DNA from: Selaginella moellendorffii | Taxonomy: Eukaryota; Plantae; Lycopodiophyta | Assembly (NCBI RefSeq): GCF_000143415.4 | Contig: NW_003314317.1 | Coordinates: 999,183 to 1,063,182, forward strand | Reading direction: 5' to 3' | Length of the DNA: 64,000 bases | Shown here: positions 1 through 13,600 of the stretch, in pieces | How the letters are laid out: each line of letters starts with the position of its first letter | Position numbering within the stretch: position 1 is the first letter of the stretch | The notes under the pieces: model-generated | Database searches by the model: none | What the model was told of the DNA's origin: nothing | What the model saw: only the letters and a program-made list of their open reading frames with translations | Position numbers and translations under genes: made by a program

Positions 1-976
1 AAAATTGATCTAAATGAATAACAATAGTTAGATGATAGAATATCCTAGAATATCCAAGCATATTCTAAGTATATCCACTACCATCCCAATCCCCCTACAG
101 GTTTGCTTAAGCAAACCAAAAAATTGAATTTTATTGTTATAAATTATAGTAATTTTATCATATAATAACTAGTAGAGAAACCAGAAAAACACATTTCAAT
201 TGGGTAAATTGAAATATAATTAAATACTTTGGGAATGAAATGTGCATGCAATAAAAAGTTTGATATCTCAATAGAACATAAGATCCATTTTGTATAGAGC
301 ATGGATTAAAAATATGTATTTTTCTTTAGGCATGTTGCCTTCATTGTACTCTACTATAGTTGTTTTATTTTCACTTAAAAATCATCTTTAAACAACTTTG
401 TAAATTTGTGAACTCAAAATAATCACAAATACTCTAAAAGTCTAATGACTGAATTTTGTAAATCTCTACAGTGCAATTTGGATTACATGAATTACATAAT
501 ATAATGGTCAAATTAAGTCACCACCCATAAATATATATTATATTAACATATTTTTTACAATGTATTTTAGTGAGGTCTTTAATTTTGTAAAGTCATCCTA
601 CCTTTGATTCCATAGGAACTATTCTATGCTAGAGTATATAATCTCTTGGAACATTATTTTATTGGTTTTGAAAGTTTTGATGATGTAGGATTTACTTTGA
701 GACAATACCTAAAAAAGATATTGTTTCTTGGAATGCATTACTCTTAGTTTACAATGGCTTTTTTTAGCATTTAATGAGACTTTAAGTATAATTTTTTTCT
801 TTCCTTTTGAGACAAATTATAATTGTTATGAGTTGTGTTTCTTTCTTCAAGTACCACTACTATCTTTAAGCCCATTATCCTAAAAGCTTTCTTTCTATTA
901 ATTATTCTAATTTTGGATCTTTCTATTAAAAAATTTCTAAGGGCCATACTGAAGGCTTCTAAAATGCTCTCATAAA

Positions 977-1082
977 GCTGATTGAATTTTGCAATTTACT
1001 TTGATACTTTCCTAGAGTTGATTGAATTTTGTAATTTAATTTGATGCTTTCCTAGAGCTAATTGAATTTTGTAATTTACTTT
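977..1082 (+). repeat. ~40-bp tandem repeat, about 2.7 copies
   Basis: GCTGATTGAATTTTGCAATTTACTTTGATACTTTCCTAGA-like unit repeated. Confidence 0.8.
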
Positions 1083-1278
1083 ATTTCCACACTAACTTTG
1101 CCAATCCTTCCATTGTACTTTGCTTAAAGGTATATTATACTTTTTAAGTAGCCACTAATTATTGTGAATTGAACCTGTACCAATCCTTCCATTGTACCTT
1201 GGTCAAAGGTATATTATACTTTTTAAGTAGCCACTAATCAATGAAAATTAAACCCGTGCCATTTGCTCTAATATCACA

Positions 1279-1431
1279 TATAACACACTTTATCTTTCTT
1301 CTCTTAAGCCACTGAAAAAAGAGCAATTACTTAATAAAAGAATCTTAGTAACTATTTTATTCTTATTTATCTCCCAAAGTTTCAAGAATCTATGGTGACA
1401 ATATATTCATCCCATAATCACATGCGCTACA
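1279..1431 (-). mobile_element. Decayed copy of the 152-bp LTR family (cf. 44864-45015)
   Basis: Aligns by eye to the reverse complement of 44864-45015 and ends in CACATGCGCTACA. Confidence 0.8.
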
Positions 1432-3214
1432 ATCCCTTAGCCATATTTTTTCCCTCTTACCCAACCAAAATAGAATATAGCGAGAAATATCCAAAAAGAA
1501 AAATTATACAATATGAGAAGGCATTAATTTCTTTTCCAACTTATGTGTAATTGTTTTCTAAGTGTTAGCATAGTTGGATGATGTAACAATAACATGAATT
1601 GATTTAATTAATCACTTGCTTATGGTGCCTTGCAAAATATCCACTAAATAAATTAAATTTCCTCATTTAGCAGTATTAATTTGTACAACCATAGCTTTCA
1701 ATCCTAATCCTTGACCTAGCACAATCCTTAACCACATAACCAAAAACTAAAATAGAAAATTAACACAAAATTTAAAAGATTTACTTTGAAATCCTTCCTA
1801 TTAAAGGAGTTTAATTCCAAAAATCAAGGAATGAATATTAAATTTTCTATCTAGTCAATTAAAATGTTTGAGAGAAGAAATAACTTATACCTTTACTCGA
1901 AGGTCAAACATAAATATGGAGTCATGAAATTTTAAACTTTTTATAAAGTTTGCTCATTCTTAATAGTAACTAACTTTCTCAACCAGATGTGGCCGCATAA
2001 CATAAGGCATTGGAGCATTAAGTATTAGTGATTTTAATTTAAGTTTTCTTTATAGATTTTTAAATTTGTTTTTGTTTTTACTTCCTTAAAAAAATAAAAA
2101 ATAAAGAGTTAGTGGAAATCCTTCTTTTGTATTTTTCTCTCAAGGTATATAAAAATGGTTTACAATTAGCAACTAGTTTTAAATACCAATAACCTTATCA
2201 TAGCATGGAAAGAGGCTGAAAAATTAATGAAATTCTTATTAACTCATTCATTAAAATATTTTCTCTTGATTCATGTCATAGCTCCATAAAATCCTTTCAA
2301 AAAGCACATAGTATAAATTTCTATAGGTGGAGGATGCCCAAATGTAGTAAACACCATTAAATCTTAAAGAACACTCAATGAATTATAAAGTGTGAAAGAG
2401 ATCATTTGAAATCATGCATTAGAAACATAAAGTCTAAAATTTTATTTCCATCATTGTAATTTTTGGTGTAGTGAGAAATTTTAAACTTTTTTAGTTCTCT
2501 CCTTTATCTTTCCTCTTCTATGTTCCTAAAATTTATGAAAATTTCAATAAATGTTGATCAAAGTATTATTTTAATTCATCATCCCTCATTAGATTATAAT
2601 TTATAGTTAACTTTCTTTTCTCTTCCTGAGGATAAAGTTTTTTACTCAATTTTCAAAAAGTCTAACTTCTTTGTTGAGAGCAAAAAATTCCTTTCTTAAA
2701 GCTATTCTAATTCCATCTTTATTAAAGATTATAAAATAAACCTTACTCTTTCAAGAGTCTTAATAAAGAACAAAAGTGAACTTTTAAATATTTATGGGGT
2801 GATAAAATTTGACTCTTGAGTTTGGTATATGAGTGGATACCATATAGGGATTAGAGTTTTATGTTTATAAAGAAGATACTAAAAACAATGATAGGTTGAG
2901 AGATATCTTCATAAAAAATGTAGATTATACATATAAGTAATAACAATTAGTGATTTTGGAATAAGCTTTTTTTATTACCGCGGCCTATTCAAAATCATAT
3001 ATTGATGTTTTGTTTCCAAAATCCTCACCACCTTGCACTTATTGTTATTCAAGCTTAGGGATATAGAGAATTTAACTTTAAAATTCTTTTAACTATTTTT
3101 AATATTTTTAAAAGGTATTGTGAAGTTGTAAGATACAAATTCTTAAGCCCCAAAGTGGAGCCAAAAATAGGCCATATAATAATGGTCAAAGTAGAAATTT
3201 AACAAGTGTAACAC

Positions 3215-4895
3215 TGTAAATGACTAATTTTTCCATTCTACTTTAGTCACTTAACTGCACCTCCGACCACTTGGAGGAGTCTTATTCACAACCTCCATAA
3301 GTCCCATTCAGAACTTGGGGCTTGCTAGCCCCGAGAATGGCATCCACGCCACTCAACCTTTGCACTTGGTCCAAGTGCTCCATGTGTCTGATCCCATGAC
3401 CGACACCCCAAGGTACTACCGACATACCAGCCCATTACGCTAGGCCATGCCCATTCACCTTGGTCACATCGGTGGTCCAACACCACCTGCATTACAATCC
3501 CGTCTCTCAAAGACTAAGTCATCCATCCATGAGTGGCTATCCCAAATCCACTCCATAGCATCCTCAGGATGCCTGCAGACATGGGGAATAGCCTTCCCCA
3601 ATGTCTCCTTTCCGGTCCCCACCAAGTCCCTTCCTGCCCATGGCCGTCTTCACCAACACTGCCACTGAATCAAGGCCCACAAGCCCGACCACTAAGTCTA
3701 ATTGTCCTCTAGGACTTCCTCACTGTGTGACTGTGTCTTTTGTCACCACACCAGAGGGCTACTCCTCTTCCTTTCCACAGTCTGGGACTTTGGGGCAACA
3801 TTTCAGAACACCATGGCCCTACGCAACCTATATGGGTACTCTCCTTGCCTTCTGCCTTTGGGTGCTCTAGCCATGGGCTTAGAGCGAGGTTCCGTTGAGC
3901 CACACCAGATATCCAAGTAAGTAGTGCCACCCACTCTTGGACTAGGAGCATCGGCCAGTCGATCTCCCGGAGGAACTAGAGCCGGCTCTTGAACACTTCA
4001 CCAAACTACCCCGCTTGTCGGTCCGTGTTCACTCTAGTCTTGGACTTCCCAGTGGGCAGCTCATCACCCAACTTTGGGTATAGCCTTCCTAGGCCAAACT
4101 GGCCTTTCCTGGCCAAACTGGCTCTATTGCAGTCCTCCCCCTTACTATACTTTTGGAACTCACCAAACCCCCCAGGGTCTGGAAGACGAACGCTTTGGGC
4201 TTTCACCCTCTCAGACTCGAACTTGAACTCAGACTCGGACTCGGACTCGGACTCGGACTCAGACTCGGGCTCAGACTCGGACTCAGGCTCGGTCTCTGCC
4301 TCGGCCTCGGTCTCGGTCTCGGTCCCGATCTCAGTCTTGGTCTCGGTCCTGGTCTCGGTCTCGGTCTCGGTCCTGGTCTAGGTCTAGACTTCGGACTCCA
4401 TCTCGGGTCCATCTCGGACTCCATCTCGGGTCCATCTTAGACTCCATCTCGGGTCCATTTCGGACTCCATCTCGGACTCCATCTCGGGTCCATCTCGGGT
4501 CCATCTCGGACTCCATCTCGGGTCCATCTCGGATCCACTTCAGACTCCACCTCGGACTCCATCTCGGGGTCCTTCTCGGACTCCACTTTGGACTCCACCT
4601 CGGACTCCATCTCGGGGTCCTTCTCGGACTCCACTTTGGACTCCAACTCAGGTCCATCTGGGACACTTCCACGTGTCATGTGTTGGTCCTTTTGGGTCCC
4701 TTTTTAGAGCCTCACTTATTGCTCACTTCGTGCTTGTTCTTCGAGCACTTTGTTGGGAGTTCCACTCCCGCTTTTGACTTTTCAAGTCAGAGCTTTTGGT
4801 CCAAATGTGTTACGCTCGTTTGGCTCTTGCTTCAGCCACTACCATGTAGCGCCCTTTCGGCTCCACTTTGGGGCCTAGGGATTTTGTGTCTCACA
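3215..4895 (-). repeat. 3' LTR of element A with (TCGGAC)n and (TCGGACTCCATC)n arrays
   Basis: Direct repeat of 17267-18911. Confidence 0.92.
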
Positions 4896-7800
4896 ACTCC
4901 ACCACCTGTAGACGAAGTTTGATGTCCTCATTGAACGGTAAACCCTTTTATAAAGTAACACTTGCACGTGTTACCATTTCCATCCTTGGCACCTAGCCAA
5001 TATTTGTCTATGGTTTGACACCGAAGGCTCACCATGCCTTGTCCATCCTTTAAGGAGCATAGTCTTTCTAACTTAGAGACTCATTTGACCACTTATGGTG
5101 GTCCTCTCCTTTTATTGGTTGAGTTTTTGCTAAACATGTTAGAGACACCTTCTCTAACTCAATCCCACTACTCATTTTCGAGTAGTCTCAATTTCCACCG
5201 ATATAACCCTTGCACTTTGGAACTTTTTAACTCTGACTTCTCGAAGTCAATTTCCTAGGTGTCTCCGACACCTTGCATTGCACATATTGTGCAACTCCAC
5301 TTTCCCATCCTAGGAAGTTCTCATCATCCTCTTTTCGATTTCATGCCACCTTTGGCACTAAGTTCCAGTTATCATATTTTGTGCTAGGGCTGTCCACAGC
5401 CCTATCATTTGGCCACATTACCGCTCCCACCCTTGGAGCTTCCACTTCGCCAAATTTGAGCAATTGGGAATCCATCCTTGGGAACACATTGCCGTCCCCT
5501 CAATCCATTGGCACCCAACACCTTTCTGTTCTTGGCCTACCTTGCCATTTGGATTCTTTTCCATGATTCCCTGGGCTCTTTACTTAGCCACTAGACTTTT
5601 ACTCCTATCCTTGATTGTTGCACTTAGCAACATAGGATCACTACCTCCATTTTCAAGGTATTCTTTCGGTTCCATAGCAAAGACTCTCCTTTGCCAAGTC
5701 CGGAGGGTATTCACCCCTAGTATGTTTGTTTAGCATATTCTGCTATGGGCTTTATCCACGGCCCAAGTTATGACCCTTCCATGGGTCTCTTATAGAGACT
5801 ACTTTCCCCGGACTCACTATGCCATTGCATTGACATATCTCATTTCCCTTAGATGTCCTTCCCACTTGGTCACCTTGACTAAGCCACACCATCATTAATA
5901 GTTCCAATCAACACTTTGAACTTGGAACTTTATCCCTTAACCTCACAAGGACCTTGTCCTTGTTTTGGCCACAAGATCATATAGTGATCTAACTTTGGCA
6001 CCTTAACAAGTTTGCCAATAGGTACTAGGTCTTCTAGACCTTTAAGTTGTTGACCATGACCCCGGGGGCATCCCCCACACTTGGCGGTGCACCCAAGCCA
6101 GCCCATCTGGCCAAAGGTCCATAGCAACTGAGATTAGGTGTCCCCATCTCATTCACCACGTCCCTGGTGCCACTTGCACCAAAGTTTTCAAGTTAGATAT
6201 GCCAAGCTTTCACACTATCGTGCATCACGACTCCGAGGCATCCCTCGCTTGGCGGTGTGCCCAAACCAGTCTCCCCACTGAGAGTCCATGACCACCGAAA
6301 TATGAGTGTCCTCATATTCCAAACCATCACCACGCCCTAGTGAGTTGGGACTCGAACCCAAGCATTAGAGGGTCGGGACTTAAACCCAACCTTTGTATAT
6401 GCATCTACGAACGGCATTACATAGGATGCCTAGCGTGACTCCCCATGCCAGTGCACCATCATACACTTAAAGCACGTTACAGATCACAGCTTAGCAACCT
6501 AGTTCCTTCGCACTGCCAAGTCCTCTCACTTGACAAGTTTGTGATCATGCATAGACTCCTCCATGCTTGGCCCCATGGGCCACCCCTTTGAAGTTAGCAC
6601 CTTCAACTAGGGGGTTTATTCCCTTGACTTGCCAATCTCACTTAACAAGTCATACAGCCACTGTAACATAGTTCATGCATAAGTGTGAAAGTCTTTAACC
6701 ATCGACTTTCGTTCAAAGCCCTCTCTTTAAACACTCGGGAACTACTTCCTCAACTTTGATAGCTTCGCCTCATGGCAAGCTTCAAGACCACGCTTCTGCT
6801 ACGCCACTTTAATTTCGCACGTTCTATGAAAGATTTACACTTGGCTGACTAGGTAGGGGAACTTTCAAGGAACTCTATTCCTTAGCTTGCTAAGGTCTCT
6901 CCTTTCGCAAGCTTTCCAATTACCATATAGTCTAACATGGACAATCCCATGCTTTAGACTCTTCATGGCATCCTAGTCGCTAGTAACAACATACTTAAGC
7001 ACCCACTTGATTCTCCACTCCCAACTTGCATAACCACCTTTGGTCATGCTTGTCAATTTTTATGGTTTGGTTCTATCCCTTTATTACTTGCCTTTTAACC
7101 TCATACATTTCCTTCAGTTATTCTCTTCCAAATTAGGAAGATAGCTTTGCACTTTCTACCATGCTTTGGCAAGTATTCATAGGGATGAACCTACCCGACA
7201 ACCTAGGGAGTGGTTCCTCAATCTGGGTTTGCTCAACTTATAATCCCACCCACTGGGATTACCGTTGTTACTTATGGGCCTTTCTATGCCCATTATTAGC
7301 CTTACCAAAATCCCTTTTTGACTTTGTCCAATTCGAGTAGAGAGATTTCTCCCATCTCTGTAACCTTGGACGTTTGGATGCACATTCTATCCATTATTCG
7401 CTAGGGACTTTATCCCTTGGGCCTTATCTATTGCCCTTAGCAACACTAAACACCACCTTTTAGTGTTCTAGAGTGTTTGGGTGTCCCAATGATGGCCTCC
7501 TTGACAATGAGCATTTCCTTTTACAACATTGACTTACTATATCGCAACACAAGCAACTTATCCCTGATAAGGGTATATTTAACTTCTTTATGCCATTAAG
7601 AAGTCTTGAATAGCTACATTCTACCCGTTTAACCAATTACCTGCACCTCTTGCTTAGTTGCCTCATAGTTGTCAAGTCCTCCAACTCATTGCTGGTGCTT
7701 GCACACCTCCATCATTATCCGGGTCACCACACTCTACCACATGCCTTCTAGCTTAGGCTATGCCATTCCCATTTCCATTGGGATTCCCTTGGCAAGAGGT

Positions 7801-8472
7801 TCTCATGAACCCATCAACATAATCCCAAGGTATCACACCTTGGCCCATTTGGTGTCCCCACACCATCGGCTCCATGAGTCTGCCTTTATGACACTTTGCA
7901 CTTGTGTCTAGATCTTTGCCAAGACCAACCTAGTCGTTTCTCATGCCAACTATCTGTTAGCACTACACTATAGTGTTCGCACACAACTCTACACCAAAGT
8001 TGCTTCTTCTGGGAACACCTTTCCCACGACTTTAGTATGGCACATTCTGCCACCCATGAGATACCCACCGTTCTCATACTTGGATCTCATGATCCTCCCC
8101 ATCCTTCGTGGGGCACAACACACCTTAGTCCAAATGCTTCTATCAGTCCTTTAGGACCATTCCTTGACTCCACTTAAATCATTTAGCCTTTTGGACTTTT
8201 CCTAATCCCCCGACCTATAAGGTTTTATTTTTGAGGTGCTAGCTCATTGGAATACAACTTCTTGTATTCATGTCCTACTCACCAGGACCACCATCATGAG
8301 TGTTATTCCAACACTCGATTTTGTTCTCTGGGGGCAACCCTTTGCCTCTTAGAACTATTTGTCCATGTGATAAGAATACAAACTCATCCTCTAAGTACAC
8401 CCCCAACTCCTTGGGTTTATTAGAGGTAGCCCCGGCTACCATTTCAAGGACTTGTTGTAAGCTCCTGAATTT

Positions 8473-8527
8473 GGACTTCCCGGGAGGTCACCCAGCCTAG
8501 TACTATTTAAACCCAAGGACGCTTAAC
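8473..8527 (-). promoter_or_regulatory. 5S rRNA-derived Pol III internal control region (A box to C box) in TRIM LTR; second copy at 8873-8927
   Basis: Minus strand GTTAAGCGTCCTTGGGTTTAAATAGTACTAGGCTGGGTGACCTCCCGGGAAGTCC resembles plant 5S GTTAAGCGTGCTTGGGCGAGAGTAGTACTAGGATGGGTGACCTCCTGGGAAGTCC. Confidence 0.88.
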
Positions 8528-8949
8528 CCCAAATATCCCAAGACCCTTAACCGATTGGAAAAGGGGGTGCACTCTTGTTCATGGGCCCTTTCCCTCTATA
8601 TTTGAACCCCATGGACCGTCTCTTGAGTCGTTCCCTTTGGTTGCTTACAATCCACCACGCTTCCCTACAAGTTCATGCCCTTGTGAACGGAAGCTGAGAG
8701 CCAGAGCTCTCCCGAGAGCCTCGCTCTCTTGACACCCTACCCCTTGGGTCGAGCCCAGCGGGAGCAAACTGGACCAGCTAGATATCAATCAACATGTGGT
8801 GTGATTCCCCTAATCCAACCAACAGAGTCGGACTTGAGACCCCTCTGATACCAAATGTAAGCTTCTAAATTTGGACTTCCCGGGAGGTCACCCAGCCTAG
8901 TACTATTCAAACCCAAGGACGCTTAACCCCAAATATCCCTACTATACTT

Positions 8950-10643
8950 TGTAAGCGACTAAATTTTCCATTCTACTTTAGTCACTTAACCACACCTCTG
9001 ACCACTTGGAGGAGTCTCATTCACAACCTCCATAAGTCCAATCCAGGACTTGGGACTTGCTAGCCCCGAGAATGGCATCCATGCCACTCAACATTTGCAC
9101 TTGGTCCAAGTGCTCCACGTGTCCGATCCCATGACCGACACTCAAAGGTACCACCGACATAGCAGCCCGTTACGCTAAGGCCATGCCCAATCACCTTTGC
9201 CACACTAGTAGTCCACTACCACTTGCATCACAGTCTTGGCTCTCCAAGACTAGGCAAACCATCCGTGAGTGGTCATCTCAGATCCACTCCTTAGCATCCT
9301 TAGGATGCCCACCGACAAGGGGAATAGCCTTCCCCAATATCCCTCTGTCAGTCCCCACTAAGTCCTTTTCTGCCCCTGGCCGTATTTGCCAACACTGCCA
9401 CTGGATTGAGACCCACAGGCCCGACCACTAAGTCCCACGGTCCTCTGGGACTTCCTCACCCCACGACTGTGTCCTTGGTCACTACCCCAGAGGACTGCGC
9501 CTCTTACTCTCCACAGTCTGGGCCTTTGGGACAACATTTCGGAACACCGTGGCCTTACGCAAGCCACCTGGGTACTCTCCTCGCCTTTCGTCTTTAGGTG
9601 CTCTAGCCATGGGCTTAGAGCGAGGTTCCGTTGAGCCACAACAGGTATCCAAGTAGGTAGTGCCACCCACACTTGGACTGGGAGCATCGGCCAGTCGATC
9701 TCCCGGGGGAACTAGAGCCGGCTCTTGAACACTTCACCAAGCTACCCCACTTGTCGGTTTGTGTTCACTCTAGTCTTGGACTTCCCAGTGGGCAGCTCCT
9801 CACCCAACACTGGGTCCGGCCTTCCTGGGCCAAACTGGCCTTTCCTGGCCAAACTGGCTCCACTGCAGTCCTCCCCCTACTATACTTTTGGAGCTCACCA
9901 AACCCCCCAGGGTCTGGGAGACGAACGCTTTGGGCTTTCACCCTCTCAGGCTCCGGACTCGGACTCGGACTCGGACTCGGACTCGGACTCGGACTCGGAC
10001 TCGGACTCGGACTCGGACTCGGGCTCGGGCTCGGTCTCGGCCTCGGCCTCGGTCTCGGTCTCGGTCCCGATCTCGGTCTCGGTCTCGATCTCGGTCTCGG
10101 TCCCGGTCTCGGTCTCGGTCTCGACTTCGGACTCCATCTCGGACTCCATCTCGGACTCCATCTCGGACTCCATCTCGGACTCCATCTCGGGTCCATCTCG
10201 GACTCCACCTCGGACTCCATCTCGGGTCCCTCTCGGGTCCACCTCGGACTCCATCTCGGACTCCATCTCGGGTCCATCTCGGACTCCATCTCGGACTCCA
10301 TTTCGGGTCCATCTCAGGTCCACCTCGGACTCCACTTCGGACTCCTTCTCGGACTCCATCTCGGGTCCATCTCGGACTCCACTTCGGACTCCAACTCGGG
10401 TCCATCTCGGACACTCCCACGTGTCATGTGTTGGCCCTTTTGGGTCCCTTTTTGGAGCCTCACCTTTTGCTCGCTTCGTGCTCGTTCCTCGAGCACTTCG
10501 TTGGGAGTTCCACTCCCGCTCTTGACTTTTCAAGTCGGAGCTTTTGGTCCAAACGTGTTACGCTCGTTTGGCTCTCGCTTCGGCCACTACCATGTGGCGC
10601 CCTTCCGGCTCCACTTTGGGGCCTAGGGATTTTGTGTCTCACA
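8950..10643 (-). repeat. 3' LTR of element B
   Basis: Near-identical to 14743-16370. Confidence 0.95.
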
Positions 10644-13600
10644 ACTCCACCACCCATAGACGAAGTTCGATGTCCTCATCGAACGGTGAACCATTTTATA
10701 AAGTAACACCCGCATGTGTTACCATTTCCATCCTTGGCGCGTAGCCAATATTTGTCAATGGTGTGACATTGAAGGCTCACCATGCCTTCTCCACATTCGT
10801 CAATGGTTGGACATTGAAGGCTCACCATGCCTTTTGCATATCCTCTAAGGAGGGTAGTCTCTCCAACTTAGAGACTGATTGGACCACATATAGTGGTTCT
10901 CTCCTTTTATTGGTTTAGTTCTCGCTAAACCTCTTAGAGACCCTTCTCTAAGTTAATCCCACTACTCCTTCTCGAGTAGTCTCAATTTCCATCGATATAA
11001 CCTTTGCACTTTGGAACTTTGAATTTTGACTTCTTGGAGTCAATTTCCTAGGTGTCTCCGACACCTTGCCTTGCACCTTTTGTGCAACTCCACTTCCCAT
11101 CCTAGGAAGTTCTCTACTCGAGGGCACCATCATTCTCTCTTCTATTTCGTGCCAAAGTTCCAGTTATCATACTTTGTGCTAGGGCTGTTCATGGCCCTAT
11201 CATTTGGCTACCTTACCGCTCCCTCCCTTGGAGCTTCCCCTTTTGCCAAATCGGAGCATTTCGGAATCCCTCCTTGGAAACACACTTCCTTTCCCGCAAC
11301 TTGTTAACGTCCAACACATTAGTGTTCCTCGCCTAACTTTGTCACTTGGATTCCTTCCAAGGGATTCCACGGCCCTATCTTGGCCACTCATCTTTTGCTC
11401 CTATCCGTTGATTGTTGCACCAAGCAATATCGAATCTCTACCTCCCTCCTTGAGGTATTGTTTCGGTTCCATAGCAAAGACTCTTCTTTGCCAAGTCCGG
11501 AGGATGTTCACCCCTAGTACGTCTCTTTAGCATCTTCTGCTATGGGCTCTATCCACGGCCCAACTTCGTGACCCTCCCATGGGTCTTTTATAGAGACTAC
11601 TTTCCTCGGACTCACTATGCCATCGCACGGACATAGTTTATTTCCCTTAGGTGCTCTTCCCACTTGGTCATCACGACCAAGCCACACCACCTTAAACAGT
11701 TCAATTTCAACATTTTGAACCAGGAACTTCATTCCTTAGCCAACCAAGGACCTTGTCCTTATCTGGCCATAAGATCACCTAGTGATTTCACCTTGGCACC
11801 TTAACAGAGTTGCCAAGAGGTACTTGGTCTTCTAGACCTCCAAGTTGTTGACTATAACCCCGGGGGCATCCCCCACACTTGGCGGTGCACCCAAGCTAGC
11901 CCTTACGGCCAAGGGTTCATAGCAACTGAGATTAGGTGTCCCCATCTCACTCACCACGACCTTGGTGCCACTTGCACCAAAGTGTTCAAGTTAGATATGC
12001 TGAGCTTTCACACTAAGCAATCTAACCGTGCATCACGACTCCGAGGCATCCCTCGCTTGGCGGTGTGCCCAAACCAGTCTCCCCACTGAGAGTCCATGAC
12101 CACCGAAATATGAGTGTCCCCATATTCCAAACCATCACCACGCCCTAGTGATTTGGGACTCGAACCCAAGCACTAGAGGGTCGGGACTCGAACCCAACCT
12201 CCGTATATGCATCTACGGACGGCATCACATAAGATGCCTGGCGTGACTCCCCACGCCGGTGCACCAACCTATATTAAAGCGCGCTATAGATCACAGCTTA
12301 GGAACCTAGTTCCTCCCCACTGCCAAGTCCTCTCACTTGACAAGCCTGTGATCATGCATGGACTCCTCCATGATTGGCCCCATGGCCCACCCTTTTTGAA
12401 GTTATCACCTTCAACTAGGGTATTTGTTCCCCCTGACTTGCCAACCTCACTTGGCAAGTCCTCCGACCACTGTAACATGGTTCCTGCATAAGCGTGAAAG
12501 TCCTTGGTCATCGACTTTCGTTCAAAGCCCTCTCTTTGAACACTCGGGAACTACTTCCCTATCCTTGACAGCCTTGCCTCATGGCAAGCTTCAAGACCAC
12601 GCTTCTGCTGCGCCACTCTGATTTCGCGCGTTCTATGAACCATTTACACTTGGCCTTTCTAGGTACTAAGCTACCTAGAATCGTTTTTGGGAACCTTGAA
12701 GGAACTCTGTCCCTTAGCTTGCTAAGGCCTCCCCTTTTTGCAAGCTTTATAGTTGCCATATAGTCTAACATGGACAATTCCATATTTTAGACTCTCCATG
12801 GCATCACGATTGCTAGCGGCAACACCCTCGAGCCCCCCACTTGATTCTCCACTCCCAGCTGGCATAACCAACCTTGGTTATGCCCTTCGATTCCTGTGGT
12901 TCGGTTATATCCCCTTACTTCTTGCTTTTGGCTTCACACCTTTCCTTCGGTCATTCTCCTCCAGACCAGGAGGATAGCTTTGCACTTTCTATCATGCCTT
13001 AGCAAGTATCCTTAGGGATGAACCTACCCAATAGCCCATGGAGTGGTTCCTTAATCCAGGTATGCTCACCCTATAATCCCACACACCGGGATTACGTTGT
13101 TGCTTACGAGCCTTTGCATGCCCATCACTAGCCTTGCCAAAATTTCATTTTTGGCTTTGTCCAATTCGGGTAGACAGTCCTCTCCTGTCTCCGCAACCTT
13201 GGACATTTGGATAGCACCTTCTATCCCTCATTCGCTAGGGACTTAGTCCCTTGGGCCTTATCCATTGCCCTTGCGACATCAAACACCACCTCCTGGTGTT
13301 CTAGAGTGTTCGGGTGTCCCAATGATGGCTTCCTTGCCAATGAGTATTTCCTTTTATGACATTGACTTACTATATCGCAACACAAGCAACTTATCCCCCG
13401 TAAGGGTATATCTAACTTCCTTATGCTATTAAGAAGTTTTGGGTAGCTACCTTCTACCCGTTTAACCAGTTATTTTGCACCTCTTGCTTAGTTGCCTCAT
13501 AGTTGTCAAGTCCTACAACTCATTGCTTGGTGCTTTCACACCTCCATCATTATCCGGGTCACTACACTCCAACTGCATGCTCTGCAGCTTAGGCTATGCC

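Larger units (their letters stand above)
1..3126. mobile_element. AT-rich, highly decayed transposon debris
   Basis: No ORFs of 60 aa or more, CpG-depleted, local duplications and an embedded decayed LTR copy. Family not assignable by eye. Confidence 0.4.

Noticed and set aside
8473-8527. 5S rRNA gene
   Set aside because: Only about 55 nt of the internal control region, embedded in an LTR.
8950-10643. Retrozyme (hammerhead ribozyme in LTR)
   Set aside because: No CUGAnGA...GAAA core found by eye; an Infernal scan would be definitive.
9673-10706. Long SD-, GL- and RT-repeat ORFs (also near 4000-4700, 15466-16451 and 18041-18793)
   Set aside because: They arise from stop-free hexamer repeats in LTRs, open in several frames on both strands. 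They are not Sdr-like or other real proteins.
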